From an uncultured Actinomycetota bacterium (GTDB lineage: Bacteria; Actinomycetota; Actinomycetes; JAHEKZ01), in NCBI GenBank assembly GCA_963718235.1, contig CAVQYR010000001.1:64001-128000 (forward strand): a DNA stretch of 64,000 nt. Direction: 5' to 3'. Made by a program: the position numbers and the translations under genes. This document shows positions 28,765 through 37,649 of the stretch, piece after piece. The notes beneath the pieces are model-generated. The model did no database searches, was not told the origin of the DNA, and saw only the letters and a list, made by a program, of their open reading frames with translations. How positions within the stretch are numbered: the first letter of the stretch is position 1; each line of letters opens with the position of its first letter.

Positions 28765-29858
28765 GGGTGCGGCGGCTCGTCGCCTCTGCGCCGTAGCCCT
28801 GCGCCGTCCGGCCGCCCTGGGTCGTCGTTGCCCGTGCGGTCGAAGCGGGCGTCGTTCTCCTGGGAGGGCATGCGCTCGTCGATCTGGGCCAGCAGCTGGT
28901 AGGCGCGGTGGTCGGCCGGGAACAGCAGGTTGATGTCGAGCCCCCGTGGCCACAGTCGCCAGGCCCGGACGGCCGAGATCTCCATGGCGATGATCACCGC
29001 CTGCGCGGTGACGTAGAACAGGGTCAAGATGCCGATCACGGTGGCGAAGACCCCGTACACCGCTGTGGCGTTGGCCACGAGCCGAGCCAGGACCTGACCG
29101 CCGACCGTGAACACCAGTGCCGCGACGACGCCGCCCAGCACGCAGCCCAGCAGGTACTCGTCGCGGAGCACGGCACGCGCGGTGAGAACCTTGGTCGCCA
29201 CCACGAGCACCGCCGCTGCCACGACCGCGGCGGCAACGGTCAGTCCGACCCGGTTGACGACCGACAGCTGAGTCACGGTCGCCGCCACCACGCCCGCCGC
29301 GGCGACCGTCAGAGCACCGAGCCCAAGGACGACGAGCGTGATGACGACGCGAAGGTAGCGCGGGCCGAACCCGAACCTCTGCCTCCAGGGGACCGCCCAG
29401 ATCTGGTTCAGCGCAACGTAGAGCGCGAACACCCCACCCATCCCCGCCAGGAGGAGGCCGACCAGACCGACGACCAAAGGCAGCCCACCGGACGGCAGCT
29501 GTTCGTAGGAGTTGAGGATGTCGTCGGAGTAGTTCGGGCCGAAGAGCTGTTCGAGCAGGTCGTTGCGCAGCTGCTCGTTGCCCTGCAGCACGAGCGTCAA
29601 CAGTGCCACGAACACCAGAGCCAGAGGGAACAGGCTCAAGAACCCGTAGTACGTCAGCAGGGCGGCCAGCCGGCTGCCGCCGTCGTCGGAGTACTTCTTG
29701 AAGACCGCGTACGGGAAGCCACCCCACCAGAGTCGGGCCTGCGTTCGGTCAGCGGCCGCACTCGTGCCGAGCACGACGCGCTCGACCTTGCCGACGACAC
29801 CGGAGTGAGAAGGAGCGGTACCCATGGGCGGCTCGGCCGCCCGCTCGTCGTCGCTCAC
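28740..29858 (-). CDS. YihY/virulence factor BrkB family membrane protein
   Basis: KKYSDD.GSRLAALLTYYGFLSLFPL, YGVFA. Confidence 0.85.
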   Translation of the reverse strand: MSDDERAAEPPMGTAPSHSGVVGKVERVVLGTSAAADRTQARLWWGGFPYAVFKKYSDDGGSRLAALLTYYGFLSLFPLALVFVALLTLVLQGNEQLRNDLLEQLFGPNYSDDILNSYEQLPSGGLPLVVGLVGLLLAGMGGVFALYVALNQIWAVPWRQRFGFGPRYLRVVITLVVLGLGALTVAAAGVVAATVTQLSVVNRVGLTVAAAVVAAAVLVVATKVLTARAVLRDEYLLGCVLGGVVAALVFTVGGQVLARLVANATAVYGVFATVIGILTLFYVTAQAVIIAMEISAVRAWRLWPRGLDINLLFPADHRAYQLLAQIDERMPSQENDARFDRTGNDDPGRPDGAGLRRRGDEPPHPYDSLTTE

Positions 29859-30030
29859 CCGATATCCCTACCACGCGGGCCTGTCGCAGCAGGGTGACCC
29901 TCTGTCACCGGATGATGTGAAGTTCGATACCTGACACTCTCTAGGGGAAACACGATTCGATCTTGACCGGCGCTGCGGTGAGGTCAAGGCTCCGGCCAAC
30001 AAGCCGGAGTCTGCGACGAGGAGCCCTGTC

Positions 30031-31722
30031 ATGACACGGAGTACCCGAGGCCGCTTGGTCAGCATCATCGCCGCAGGATCCGTGGTGGCCGCCTCCCTCA
30101 TCAGCATGGGCACCGCGCCGAGCAACGCGACGGAGTCGGTGCACCGGCCCACCAAGGTGCTGATCGTGCTCTTCGACCAGATGCGCCCGGAGTACGCCGA
30201 CCGGTTCGACATGCCCAACTTCCGGATGCTGCGAGGCGAGGGGACGAACTTCCGCAACGCCTACCTCGGGTACATGGGCTCGGAGACCGTGATCGCCCAC
30301 AACGTCCTCGTGTCCGGCCAGCAGCCACGGCACATGGGCTGGGTCGACGAGGCCTACCGCGACACGAAGAACCTGCTCGGTGCTGGCGAGAACCAGATGT
30401 GGACGACCGGTGAGCTCACGTACGACCAGTTCGGCACCCTCATCCAGGACGCGGCCTACCCGAAGCTGGCCGACTACCTTCAGCGGTCGCAGCCGGGCAA
30501 GAAGTTCATCGTGGTCGGTCAGAAGGCGTATGCCGTCGACTCCGCGGCCGCGAAGTCGAAGTTCGACACATTCAGCGCGGACATCTCGGTCCGCTTCAGT
30601 GGCCGGTCCGCAAGCACACCAGTCCCCGGCACCGACGACGCGGCGTGCAACGCCACGCTCGGCGGCCGCTACCGAGGTCCGGACGGGGTGAACGTACCGA
30701 CGTACATCAAGGATCCCTTCTGCGGTCGCTACTACGTCAACTCCTCGCTGCCCTACGGCACCAACCTCGCCTTCCCGACCTGGATCTACCCGCTCGACGG
30801 AAACCGGTTCGTCCCTGGCACCGACCCGGCACACCTGGGCGGCGACACGTGGGTTGCCGATGCGGCCATGGACATGATGGAGAACGAGGACTGGTCGGGC
30901 ATGTTCGTCACCATGGGTGGCATCGACAAGGCCGGCCACATGTGGGGCGCCGATGCCGACGTCCAGTCTGCGCCCGGCTCGCTGGACTACCAGACCCACG
31001 TTCAGGCGAACGCCGAGAACGCCGACGTGCAGCTCGGTCGGATGCTGGACAAGCTGGCCGCTCTTGGCCAGCTCGACGACACCCTCGTGGTGCTGACCGC
31101 CGACCACGGAGCGACGCACGGAGCCCAGTTCTACGGCAAGACAGACCCCGGCGGCAGCGCAACGAGCGACACCAACTGGTACTACGGGCCGGACTCCCTG
31201 CCGACCGTCTACAACAACCCGTCGCCCGCGCTGGCCCCGCTGCTCGCCAACGGCAACGTGCAGTTCTCCTACCAGTCCACCTCGATCCAGACCTGGGTGA
31301 CCGACCGCTCCCCCGCGATGCTGAGGGAGTCGACCGAGGCCATGGAGACACTGCCCGGAGTCATTGCCACCTACTGTCGACACGGCGGTCGCTTCGTCTT
31401 GACCGACACCAACCCGATGACAGCTGCTGAGCGCTCGTGGTGGCGCAGGACCGCTCAGCCGATCGTCAACACGATGGCCGCGGCCAACGGTCCCGACGTG
31501 GTCGGGCTCCTGGCAGATGACGTCAGCTACGGCGCCTACGGCGACCACGGCGGCGCGAGTGAGGAGGTGCAGAGGGTGCCAATGGTCTTCTGGTCTCCCT
31601 CGATCGCCTACTCCAACAACACGGGCACCCGGTTCACGACGCCCGACGTCATGCCCACGATTCTGCGGGCCATGGGAATCAGGACGGGCCGCATGGATGG
31701 GACAGCAGTCAGCCTTCGCTGA
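30031..31722 (+). CDS. Secreted alkaline phosphatase / nucleotide pyrophosphatase superfamily enzyme
   Basis: Signal peptide; FDQMR, ETVIAH (Thr nucleophile), DKAGH, TADHG, GDHG. Confidence 0.85.
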   Translation: MTRSTRGRLVSIIAAGSVVAASLISMGTAPSNATESVHRPTKVLIVLFDQMRPEYADRFDMPNFRMLRGEGTNFRNAYLGYMGSETVIAHNVLVSGQQPRHMGWVDEAYRDTKNLLGAGENQMWTTGELTYDQFGTLIQDAAYPKLADYLQRSQPGKKFIVVGQKAYAVDSAAAKSKFDTFSADISVRFSGRSASTPVPGTDDAACNATLGGRYRGPDGVNVPTYIKDPFCGRYYVNSSLPYGTNLAFPTWIYPLDGNRFVPGTDPAHLGGDTWVADAAMDMMENEDWSGMFVTMGGIDKAGHMWGADADVQSAPGSLDYQTHVQANAENADVQLGRMLDKLAALGQLDDTLVVLTADHGATHGAQFYGKTDPGGSATSDTNWYYGPDSLPTVYNNPSPALAPLLANGNVQFSYQSTSIQTWVTDRSPAMLRESTEAMETLPGVIATYCRHGGRFVLTDTNPMTAAERSWWRRTAQPIVNTMAAANGPDVVGLLADDVSYGAYGDHGGASEEVQRVPMVFWSPSIAYSNNTGTRFTTPDVMPTILRAMGIRTGRMDGTAVSLR

Positions 31723-31747
31723 CCACGATCGATGCGCCCCAGGCCCC

Positions 31748-32215
31748 TCAGACGACCTGGACGTTGACGCCGCTCATCCGAGCGTGGGAGACCACGTGCA
31801 GGTGGGGTGCGTCGTCGGGCAGCACGACGTCGGACGCGGGCAGGTTCAGTCCGGTCGTGGGGCTGGTCGCCTCGGCGGTCACCCGCCAGTCGGCCGGTAC
31901 CTGGACGTTCAGGCCGCCCATCATGCCGTGGACGTCGATCGTGGCTCCGCCCGGCGCCAACCGCGAACCGGTCAGGTCGATGTTCACCCCGCCCATACCG
32001 AGATCGACCCGGGCGTGCCTGAAGCTCTGCGACGTGAGACCCAGGTCGACGCCGTTCATCAACGCCGTCCGCCGGACGTCGGCGTCGTCCACGCCTCCGC
32101 TGTCGAGCCGACGGGCCATCAAGCGACCCACGGCCACAGCAGCCACCTGAACAGCAACGACGATCAGGACCCCACGCAGGACCCGCTGGGCTGGCCTCTT
32201 CCCTGTTCTGCTCAT
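31748..32215 (-). CDS. Hypothetical protein, LiaF/DUF2154-like beta-repeat
   Basis: MGGVNIDL, MMGGLNVQVP.DW.V, MSGVNV repeats; N-terminal anchor. Confidence 0.65.
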   Translation of the reverse strand: MSRTGKRPAQRVLRGVLIVVAVQVAAVAVGRLMARRLDSGGVDDADVRRTALMNGVDLGLTSQSFRHARVDLGMGGVNIDLTGSRLAPGGATIDVHGMMGGLNVQVPADWRVTAEATSPTTGLNLPASDVVLPDDAPHLHVVSHARMSGVNVQVV

Positions 32216-32284
32216 GGTCCCAGGCTAGACGCCGGCGGCGGGTTCCCCCAGGTCCCCCTCGCGCCGGGTTCCGGAGCTGTGCGG

Positions 32285-33736
32285 CTACAGGGTGCCGGCA
32301 AACGTGCGCAGCATCGTTGCCTGAGGGTGCGTCAGCCAGCCAGCGCTGGCCAGGGCCCCGGTGACTGACTTGTACGCGGTGATCAGGGACCTCTTCTGGC
32401 TGGGCGACTGCGTCGAGCTGGCCACACGAAGCAGTGCACAGGCGCGGGTAGTGAGCGCATCAGCCGTAGTTCGCTGCGCCTGGTCGTCGGTCCGGTACTT
32501 GGTCGAGTTCCGGACGAGTCGTTTCGTCAGGCTGCACATGCTCGGGGCAGTCGCCGAGACCACGAAACTCGCCGTGGTCCTCGCACTGTTGCCGGCCTTG
32601 TCGACGGCCGTGGCCGAGACCGTCCGTGAGCCGAGGCCGAACGAGTAGGCGGGACGTGTGATGTTGGCGCAGGTCGACGTGACCAGGCCCGACAACGAGT
32701 CCTCGGCTGCACATGTCATGACGACTCGCTGATCGACGGTGTAGCTGCCGACGTTTCCTGCGTACACCACGCTGGGAGGTGTCCTGTCGATGCTGATGCC
32801 GGACACCACCGTCGACGCCGAGTTGCCGGCGACGTCGACGCAGGAGCCGGAGGCCTCTTGGTCCGCGCCCTCGGAGGCCAACGTGACCGGAGCACTCACC
32901 GTGGCGACGCCCGTTCCGCCGGGGTCATCCGTGCACGAGAAGTCGACCGTGACGTCTGTGCGGTTCCAACCGTAACCGTTCGCAAGCGGGTCTCGATGCG
33001 CGGTGATCGATGGCGAAGTGATGTCAGAGGAGGCAACGGTGACGGTGAGGACGTGGGAAGTGGCGTCGAAGGTGAACGCTACGGTCGCGCCGTCGACCGG
33101 GACCACGAACGGGATGTTTGCGCCTCCCACAGCACCACCGGCTCCATAGCTCACCGCCCAGTCCTCGTCGACGGCCGCCTTTGTCTCGTAGCTCCCGGCC
33201 GGGAGCGTGGCCGTCTCGAAGGCGTAGATGCCGTCGCCGTCTGGGTCCTGCAGCCAGGACCGCAGGCAGTCCGGCTGCCAGTCACCCGGGCAGCCCAGCT
33301 CGGACTGGAAGTCGCCTGGTGCGACCACGATGAGTGAGCTCTCGTTGTCGGTGACCCAGTGCGTCTTGTGGTCGTAGTAGAACTTGACGCTGCCTGCGTC
33401 AGTGGAGAGCGGGATACTCATCCCACCTGGGGAGGCGTTCAGCCCGTAGTTCTCGTCCCACGCGTCGTTGAGGGCCGCCTTGTAGCTGTAGACGCCACTG
33501 GGAACGGAGAACGTCCGTTGCCATACGTCGTCGATCGCGTCATACGCCAGGTGCGTGGCCGCACAACCGGGATCCCAGTCCCCGGCGCAGCCGACTTCGG
33601 ACTGGAGGTCGCCGGCGATCGTCACGCTGCCCGGGCTCGGTGTACTCGCGGCGGCCGGTGGCGTGATGACGACGGCCAGCACCGCCAAGGTGACCACGGC
33701 GGCATGAGCCGTCCGTCGCGCGTTCACAGCAACCAT
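32285..33736 (-). CDS. Secreted protein with tandem pullulanase X25-like domains and Ig-like repeats; no catalytic domain recognised
   Basis: Two GDxQSExGCxGDWxPxC repeats, YKAALNDAWDENYG; later DxAGN and IDRTPP motifs; RBS AAGGAGG. Confidence 0.75.
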   Translation of the reverse strand: MVAVNARRTAHAAVVTLAVLAVVITPPAAASTPSPGSVTIAGDLQSEVGCAGDWDPGCAATHLAYDAIDDVWQRTFSVPSGVYSYKAALNDAWDENYGLNASPGGMSIPLSTDAGSVKFYYDHKTHWVTDNESSLIVVAPGDFQSELGCPGDWQPDCLRSWLQDPDGDGIYAFETATLPAGSYETKAAVDEDWAVSYGAGGAVGGANIPFVVPVDGATVAFTFDATSHVLTVTVASSDITSPSITAHRDPLANGYGWNRTDVTVDFSCTDDPGGTGVATVSAPVTLASEGADQEASGSCVDVAGNSASTVVSGISIDRTPPSVVYAGNVGSYTVDQRVVMTCAAEDSLSGLVTSTCANITRPAYSFGLGSRTVSATAVDKAGNSARTTASFVVSATAPSMCSLTKRLVRNSTKYRTDDQAQRTTADALTTRACALLRVASSTQSPSQKRSLITAYKSVTGALASAGWLTHPQATMLRTFAGTL

Positions 33737-33862
33737 GGTCGCCTCCTTGTCGCAACGGAGCGCAGCGTCGGCCCCACCGCAGCCACCACCCGACCCCCGG
33801 CCAGTCGGTCACGGGGGCGCGTGCACCAGGCAGGCTGTCACGTCCGGAGACGCAGCGGAAGG

Positions 33863-34996
33863 CTAGGACTGCCGCTCGGGCCTCACGGTCACGGTGGACG
33901 ACGTTCCGGCATGCTCGAAGGTGATCTCAACAGGGGCGCCGGCCTTGGCGCCGATCTCGGCCACTGTCACCTGCTCCGCGCTGACGGCCGGCTGCCCGTT
34001 GACCTGGGTCACGACATCTCCAACCACGATCCCGGCCTGCTCGGCTGGCCCGCCGGGGGAGACCGCGAGCACGAACAGACCCTGGGGCAGCCCGGCCGCA
34101 GAGGCCGCTTCGGGCATCATCCGCTGCACCTGCATCCCCAGGGTGTAGTGCGTGACCGAGCCCGTCGCGATCAGCTCGTCCGCGATCGGCTGGGCCAGGT
34201 CGACCGGGATGGCGAAGCCAAGGCCTACGCTGCCACCTCCCGCTTGGCCAGCCGAGTTCGGCACCGTGGCGATGGCGGTGTTCACGCCGACGAGGTGGCC
34301 CGCGCAGTCGACGAGCGCGCCACCGCTGTTTCCAGGGTTGATCGCGGCGTCGGTCTGGATCGCCCCCACGAGATGCGCGGTCTTCCCCTCTCCTGGCACT
34401 GGGACGTGCCGATCCAACGCGCTCACGATTCCGCTGGTGACCGTGCTTGACAGCCCGAGCGGCGCACCCAGGGCAACGACCGGCTGGCCCACCACGAGCG
34501 ACCGGGAGGACCCGAGCGGAATCACCGGTCGACCGGTCGAGGCGTCCGTTGCCTGGATGACGGCCAGATCAGTCAAGGGGTCGCGGCCCACGATCACCGC
34601 AGCGCTGGTCCGGCCGTCGCTGTAGCGGACCGTCAGTGAGCCGCCGTCGGCCGCAACGGAGATGACGTGATCGTTGGTGAGGACGTAGCCGCCGTCGGCG
34701 ATGATCGCCCCGGAGCCGGTGCCGCTCGACTGACCGTTGTTCGCTGCGATCGTCACGACCGACGGCAGACCGTTGGCGGCGACCGCGCTTGCCTGACACG
34801 CAGCCGCCGACCCGGCGCCCGAGCCCGACCCTGGCTCACTGCCGTCACTCGTCGCATTGACGACCAGGCCCCCGATCACGCCCCCCACGAGCGCCGCAGC
34901 CACGACCGCGACCAGCAGCCGACCGGAGCCCGTCGGCCGTCCCGGCGCCTCTGGCTCCACGGTCGCGCCAGGGCTGTCCACATGTTCGTCACTCAC
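33863..34996 (-). CDS. htrA: HtrA/S1C serine protease with PDZ domain
   Basis: LTNDHV, DLAV, IQTDAAINPGNSGG, C-terminal PDZ, N-terminal TM. Confidence 0.92.
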   Translation of the reverse strand: MSDEHVDSPGATVEPEAPGRPTGSGRLLVAVVAAALVGGVIGGLVVNATSDGSEPGSGSGAGSAAACQASAVAANGLPSVVTIAANNGQSSGTGSGAIIADGGYVLTNDHVISVAADGGSLTVRYSDGRTSAAVIVGRDPLTDLAVIQATDASTGRPVIPLGSSRSLVVGQPVVALGAPLGLSSTVTSGIVSALDRHVPVPGEGKTAHLVGAIQTDAAINPGNSGGALVDCAGHLVGVNTAIATVPNSAGQAGGGSVGLGFAIPVDLAQPIADELIATGSVTHYTLGMQVQRMMPEAASAAGLPQGLFVLAVSPGGPAEQAGIVVGDVVTQVNGQPAVSAEQVTVAEIGAKAGAPVEITFEHAGTSSTVTVRPERQS

Positions 34997-35067
34997 CGCG
35001 CACCACCTGCCTCGGCGTTGTCATCCACGATCACCAGGACCCGCGCGGTGACCGCGCGCAGCACCAC
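34993..35067 (-). CDS. Putative 24-aa upstream ORF coupled to htrA
   Basis: GGGAGG RBS 7 nt before GTG; TGA overlaps htrA GTG (GTGA). Confidence 0.35.
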   Translation of the reverse strand: MVLRAVTARVLVIVDDNAEAGGAR

Positions 35068-35169
35068 CGCTGGACCTCCCTCACGGACCTCTGGACCCTA
35101 CGTCCGGACCTGCCGCGAACGTATGCTGACCAGGCAGAACCGACCTCTCCGAGGGCCCGGGGGCAGACA

Positions 35170-35889
35170 ATGGAAGGACCGGCTGACCTCGCACCGGTTA
35201 CCGGATGGCGCGCTGCGCTGATCGCACCTCCTGGGCGTCGCACGGGCGTCGTCTGGTCCACCTTGGCGCTCGTCGAGGTCGGTCTCTGCACGCTCGTCGT
35301 GATCCGCGACATCTTAGTCCCCACCCTCGTCATCCTGCCGCTCGTTGCGCTGTCTCTGGCTGCGCGCCGAGAGTCGTGGACGACCCTCGGTTTCCGTCGT
35401 ACGCCCCATCCGTGGGGCCTGGCGGCGAGAGTTCTCGGGCTGACGGTCGGGTGGACCCTCGTTCAGCTCGCGGTGTTCATCCCCGCCCTGAACCATGCCA
35501 CGGGTGACCGACAGGATCTCAGCGACTTCAGCCGACTGCAGGGAGACGTGGGCCAGCTGCTGTTCCTGCTGCTTCTCTCGTGGACGCTTGCGGCGTTCGG
35601 CGAAGAGACCGTGTACCGCGGATTCCTGCCGACCCGGATCACCGACGTGTTCGGCACGGGAGTATGGGGCGCCACGCTGGCCATCGGGTTGTCCTCGGCC
35701 CTTTTCGCCCTCGCGCACACCGAACAAGGTGCCATCGGGGTCGCCGTCACGTTTCTCGATGCGCTGTTCTTCAGCGTACTGCGACTGCGCTACCGCAACC
35801 TGCTCGCACCGGTCCTCGCCCACGGGTTCAACAACACGATCGGCCTCGTCGCTTTCTTCCTCATCGGCCCGGTCTACGGCTTCTGGTAG
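35170..35889 (+). CDS. CPBP (CAAX/Abi) intramembrane glutamic metalloprotease
   Basis: EETVYRG, FALAH, HGFNN. Confidence 0.88.
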   Translation: MEGPADLAPVTGWRAALIAPPGRRTGVVWSTLALVEVGLCTLVVIRDILVPTLVILPLVALSLAARRESWTTLGFRRTPHPWGLAARVLGLTVGWTLVQLAVFIPALNHATGDRQDLSDFSRLQGDVGQLLFLLLLSWTLAAFGEETVYRGFLPTRITDVFGTGVWGATLAIGLSSALFALAHTEQGAIGVAVTFLDALFFSVLRLRYRNLLAPVLAHGFNNTIGLVAFFLIGPVYGFW

Positions 35890-35978
35890 TCCATGCCCCG
35901 TCAGATCCCGTCATGGTTGGGCCAGTGACCGAGGGGGCCCAGGGTCTCTGCGCGCCGACCCTCTGACAGTTCGAGGGG

Positions 35979-36051
35979 TGGGTCGCCGGGGGATCGAACC
36001 CCGAACCCGCGGATTAAAAGTCCGCTGCTCTGCCAGTTGAGCTAGCGACCC
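35979..36051 (-). tRNA. tRNA-Lys(TTT)
   Basis: GGGTCGC acceptor stem, TAGCTCAACTGGCAGAGC D-arm, CTTTTAA anticodon loop, GGTTCGATCC T-arm. Confidence 0.97.
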
Positions 36052-36127
36052 GAACGCCGCACATCCTCCCAGACGACGGGTCTCCATGGTCGAGGGACCA
36101 GGTCCCGTCCTGTCAGGAAGGACGCGC

Positions 36128-37600
36128 TCACACCGACCAGGTGTGGACCGGCTCGTTGGTGTGCATGTTCTCGACGTAGCGCAAGGTCATGGCGCGCAGT
36201 GCCTCGATCCGAGACATGCCGTTGGCCTCACCCCGCTTCACCACCGCCGTCTGCCAGGTCGAGCCGTTGCGCCCGGTGATGCACCGCTGCTCGATGATCC
36301 CCAGAAGCCGCTCGCTGACATGCCGGTCGACGCCCCAACGGGCGAGCCCCTCGTGCGCCATCGGCAGCAGATGGCGAAGGACGAGCTCGCTGACGGGAAC
36401 GTCGCCATGGCCGGGCCAGAACAGCTCGGTGTCCAGTCCCGTGGTCGCGGATCGGGTGAAGTTCTCCTCAGCCGTGGCGAACGACTGCCTGGTCCAGACC
36501 GGCCGGTCCTGCTCGGCCAGCATCCGCAGGGTCCCGTAGTAGAAGGCTCCGTTGGCCAGGACGTCGACCACAGTGGGACCAGCGGGCAGCACCCGGTTCT
36601 CGACCCGAAGGTGCGGGACGTCGTCGACGACGTCGTAGACCGGGCGGTTCCAGCGCCACACGGTGCCGTTGTGCAGCCGAAGCTCCTGCAGCCGGGGCGT
36701 TCCGCCGTTGTCGAGCACCTCCACCGGGTCCTCGTCGTCGACCACCGGCAGCAGTGACGGGAAGTAGCGCAGGTTCTCCTCGTAGAGGTCGAAAACACTG
36801 GTGATCCAGCGCTCGCCGAACCACACACGTGGCCGCACACCCTGAGCCTTGAGCTCCGCCGACCGGGTGTCCGTCGCCTGGGTGAACAGGGCGATCCGGG
36901 TCTCGCTCCACAGCTCCTTGGCCATGAAGTAGGGCGAGTTCGCCCCCAACGCCACCTGGACCGAGGCGAGGCACTGTGCCGCGTTCCAGTACTCAGCGAA
37001 CGCATCGGGCCCGACCTGCAGGTGGAACTGCACACTCGTGCAGGCGGCCTCGGGAGCGATCGTGTCGGCCCAGGTCTCCAGCGACTCCACGCCCTCGATG
37101 TCGATGTGCAGGTCCTCGCCACGCGCGGTGAGCAGCTGCTCGTCGAGCAGGCGGTACCGGGGGTTCGCACTGATCGACTCGTGCGTCATGTGCTCGGGCA
37201 TGAGCGTCGGCAGGATCCCGATCATCACCAAGCCGGCGTGGCGCTCCTGGGCGCTCTCGTTCGCCTCGTTCAGCTGGAACCGGACATCGGCCTCCAGGGC
37301 ATCGACCCCGGTGCCCGCCAGCGGTCGCGGCGGCACGTTGATCTCGAGGTTGAACCGACCCAGCTCGGTCTGGAAGTCCGGGTCGTCGATCTCCTCCAGC
37401 ACCTCGTCGTTGCGCATGGCGGGGTTGCCCATGGCGTCGATCAGGTTGAGCTCGATCTCCATCCCGGTGAGAGGTCGCTCGAAGTCGAACCGACTCTCCG
37501 AGAGCATCCGCGCCAGGACGTCGAGGCAGCGGTGCACCTTCTCGCGGTACTCCTGGCGGTCCCGTCTGGTGAACTCTTGGCTGTCGACCTCGTCGCCCAT
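36128..37600 (-). CDS. Glutamate--cysteine ligase family (GCS2) protein
   Basis: GMEIELNL, ELGRFNLE, EAACTSVQFHLQV, GTVWRWNRPVY, HLRVENRVLPAGPT. Confidence 0.85.
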   Translation of the reverse strand: MGDEVDSQEFTRRDRQEYREKVHRCLDVLARMLSESRFDFERPLTGMEIELNLIDAMGNPAMRNDEVLEEIDDPDFQTELGRFNLEINVPPRPLAGTGVDALEADVRFQLNEANESAQERHAGLVMIGILPTLMPEHMTHESISANPRYRLLDEQLLTARGEDLHIDIEGVESLETWADTIAPEAACTSVQFHLQVGPDAFAEYWNAAQCLASVQVALGANSPYFMAKELWSETRIALFTQATDTRSAELKAQGVRPRVWFGERWITSVFDLYEENLRYFPSLLPVVDDEDPVEVLDNGGTPRLQELRLHNGTVWRWNRPVYDVVDDVPHLRVENRVLPAGPTVVDVLANGAFYYGTLRMLAEQDRPVWTRQSFATAEENFTRSATTGLDTELFWPGHGDVPVSELVLRHLLPMAHEGLARWGVDRHVSERLLGIIEQRCITGRNGSTWQTAVVKRGEANGMSRIEALRAMTLRYVENMHTNEPVHTWSV

Positions 37601-37649
37601 GCGCCCAGCCTGCCGTACCGGGCCGGCGGCGTACACCGGACGCGGTAGA

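Noticed and set aside
23839-31548. Very long antisense or alternate-frame ORFs (e.g. 23839-25734 -, 27883-29727 -, 29941-31548 -)
   Set aside because: Shadow ORFs expected at high GC; they overlap well-supported genes and lack motifs
35890-35978. att-site duplication of the tRNA-Lys 3' end
   Set aside because: No second copy of the tRNA 3' sequence was found in the window
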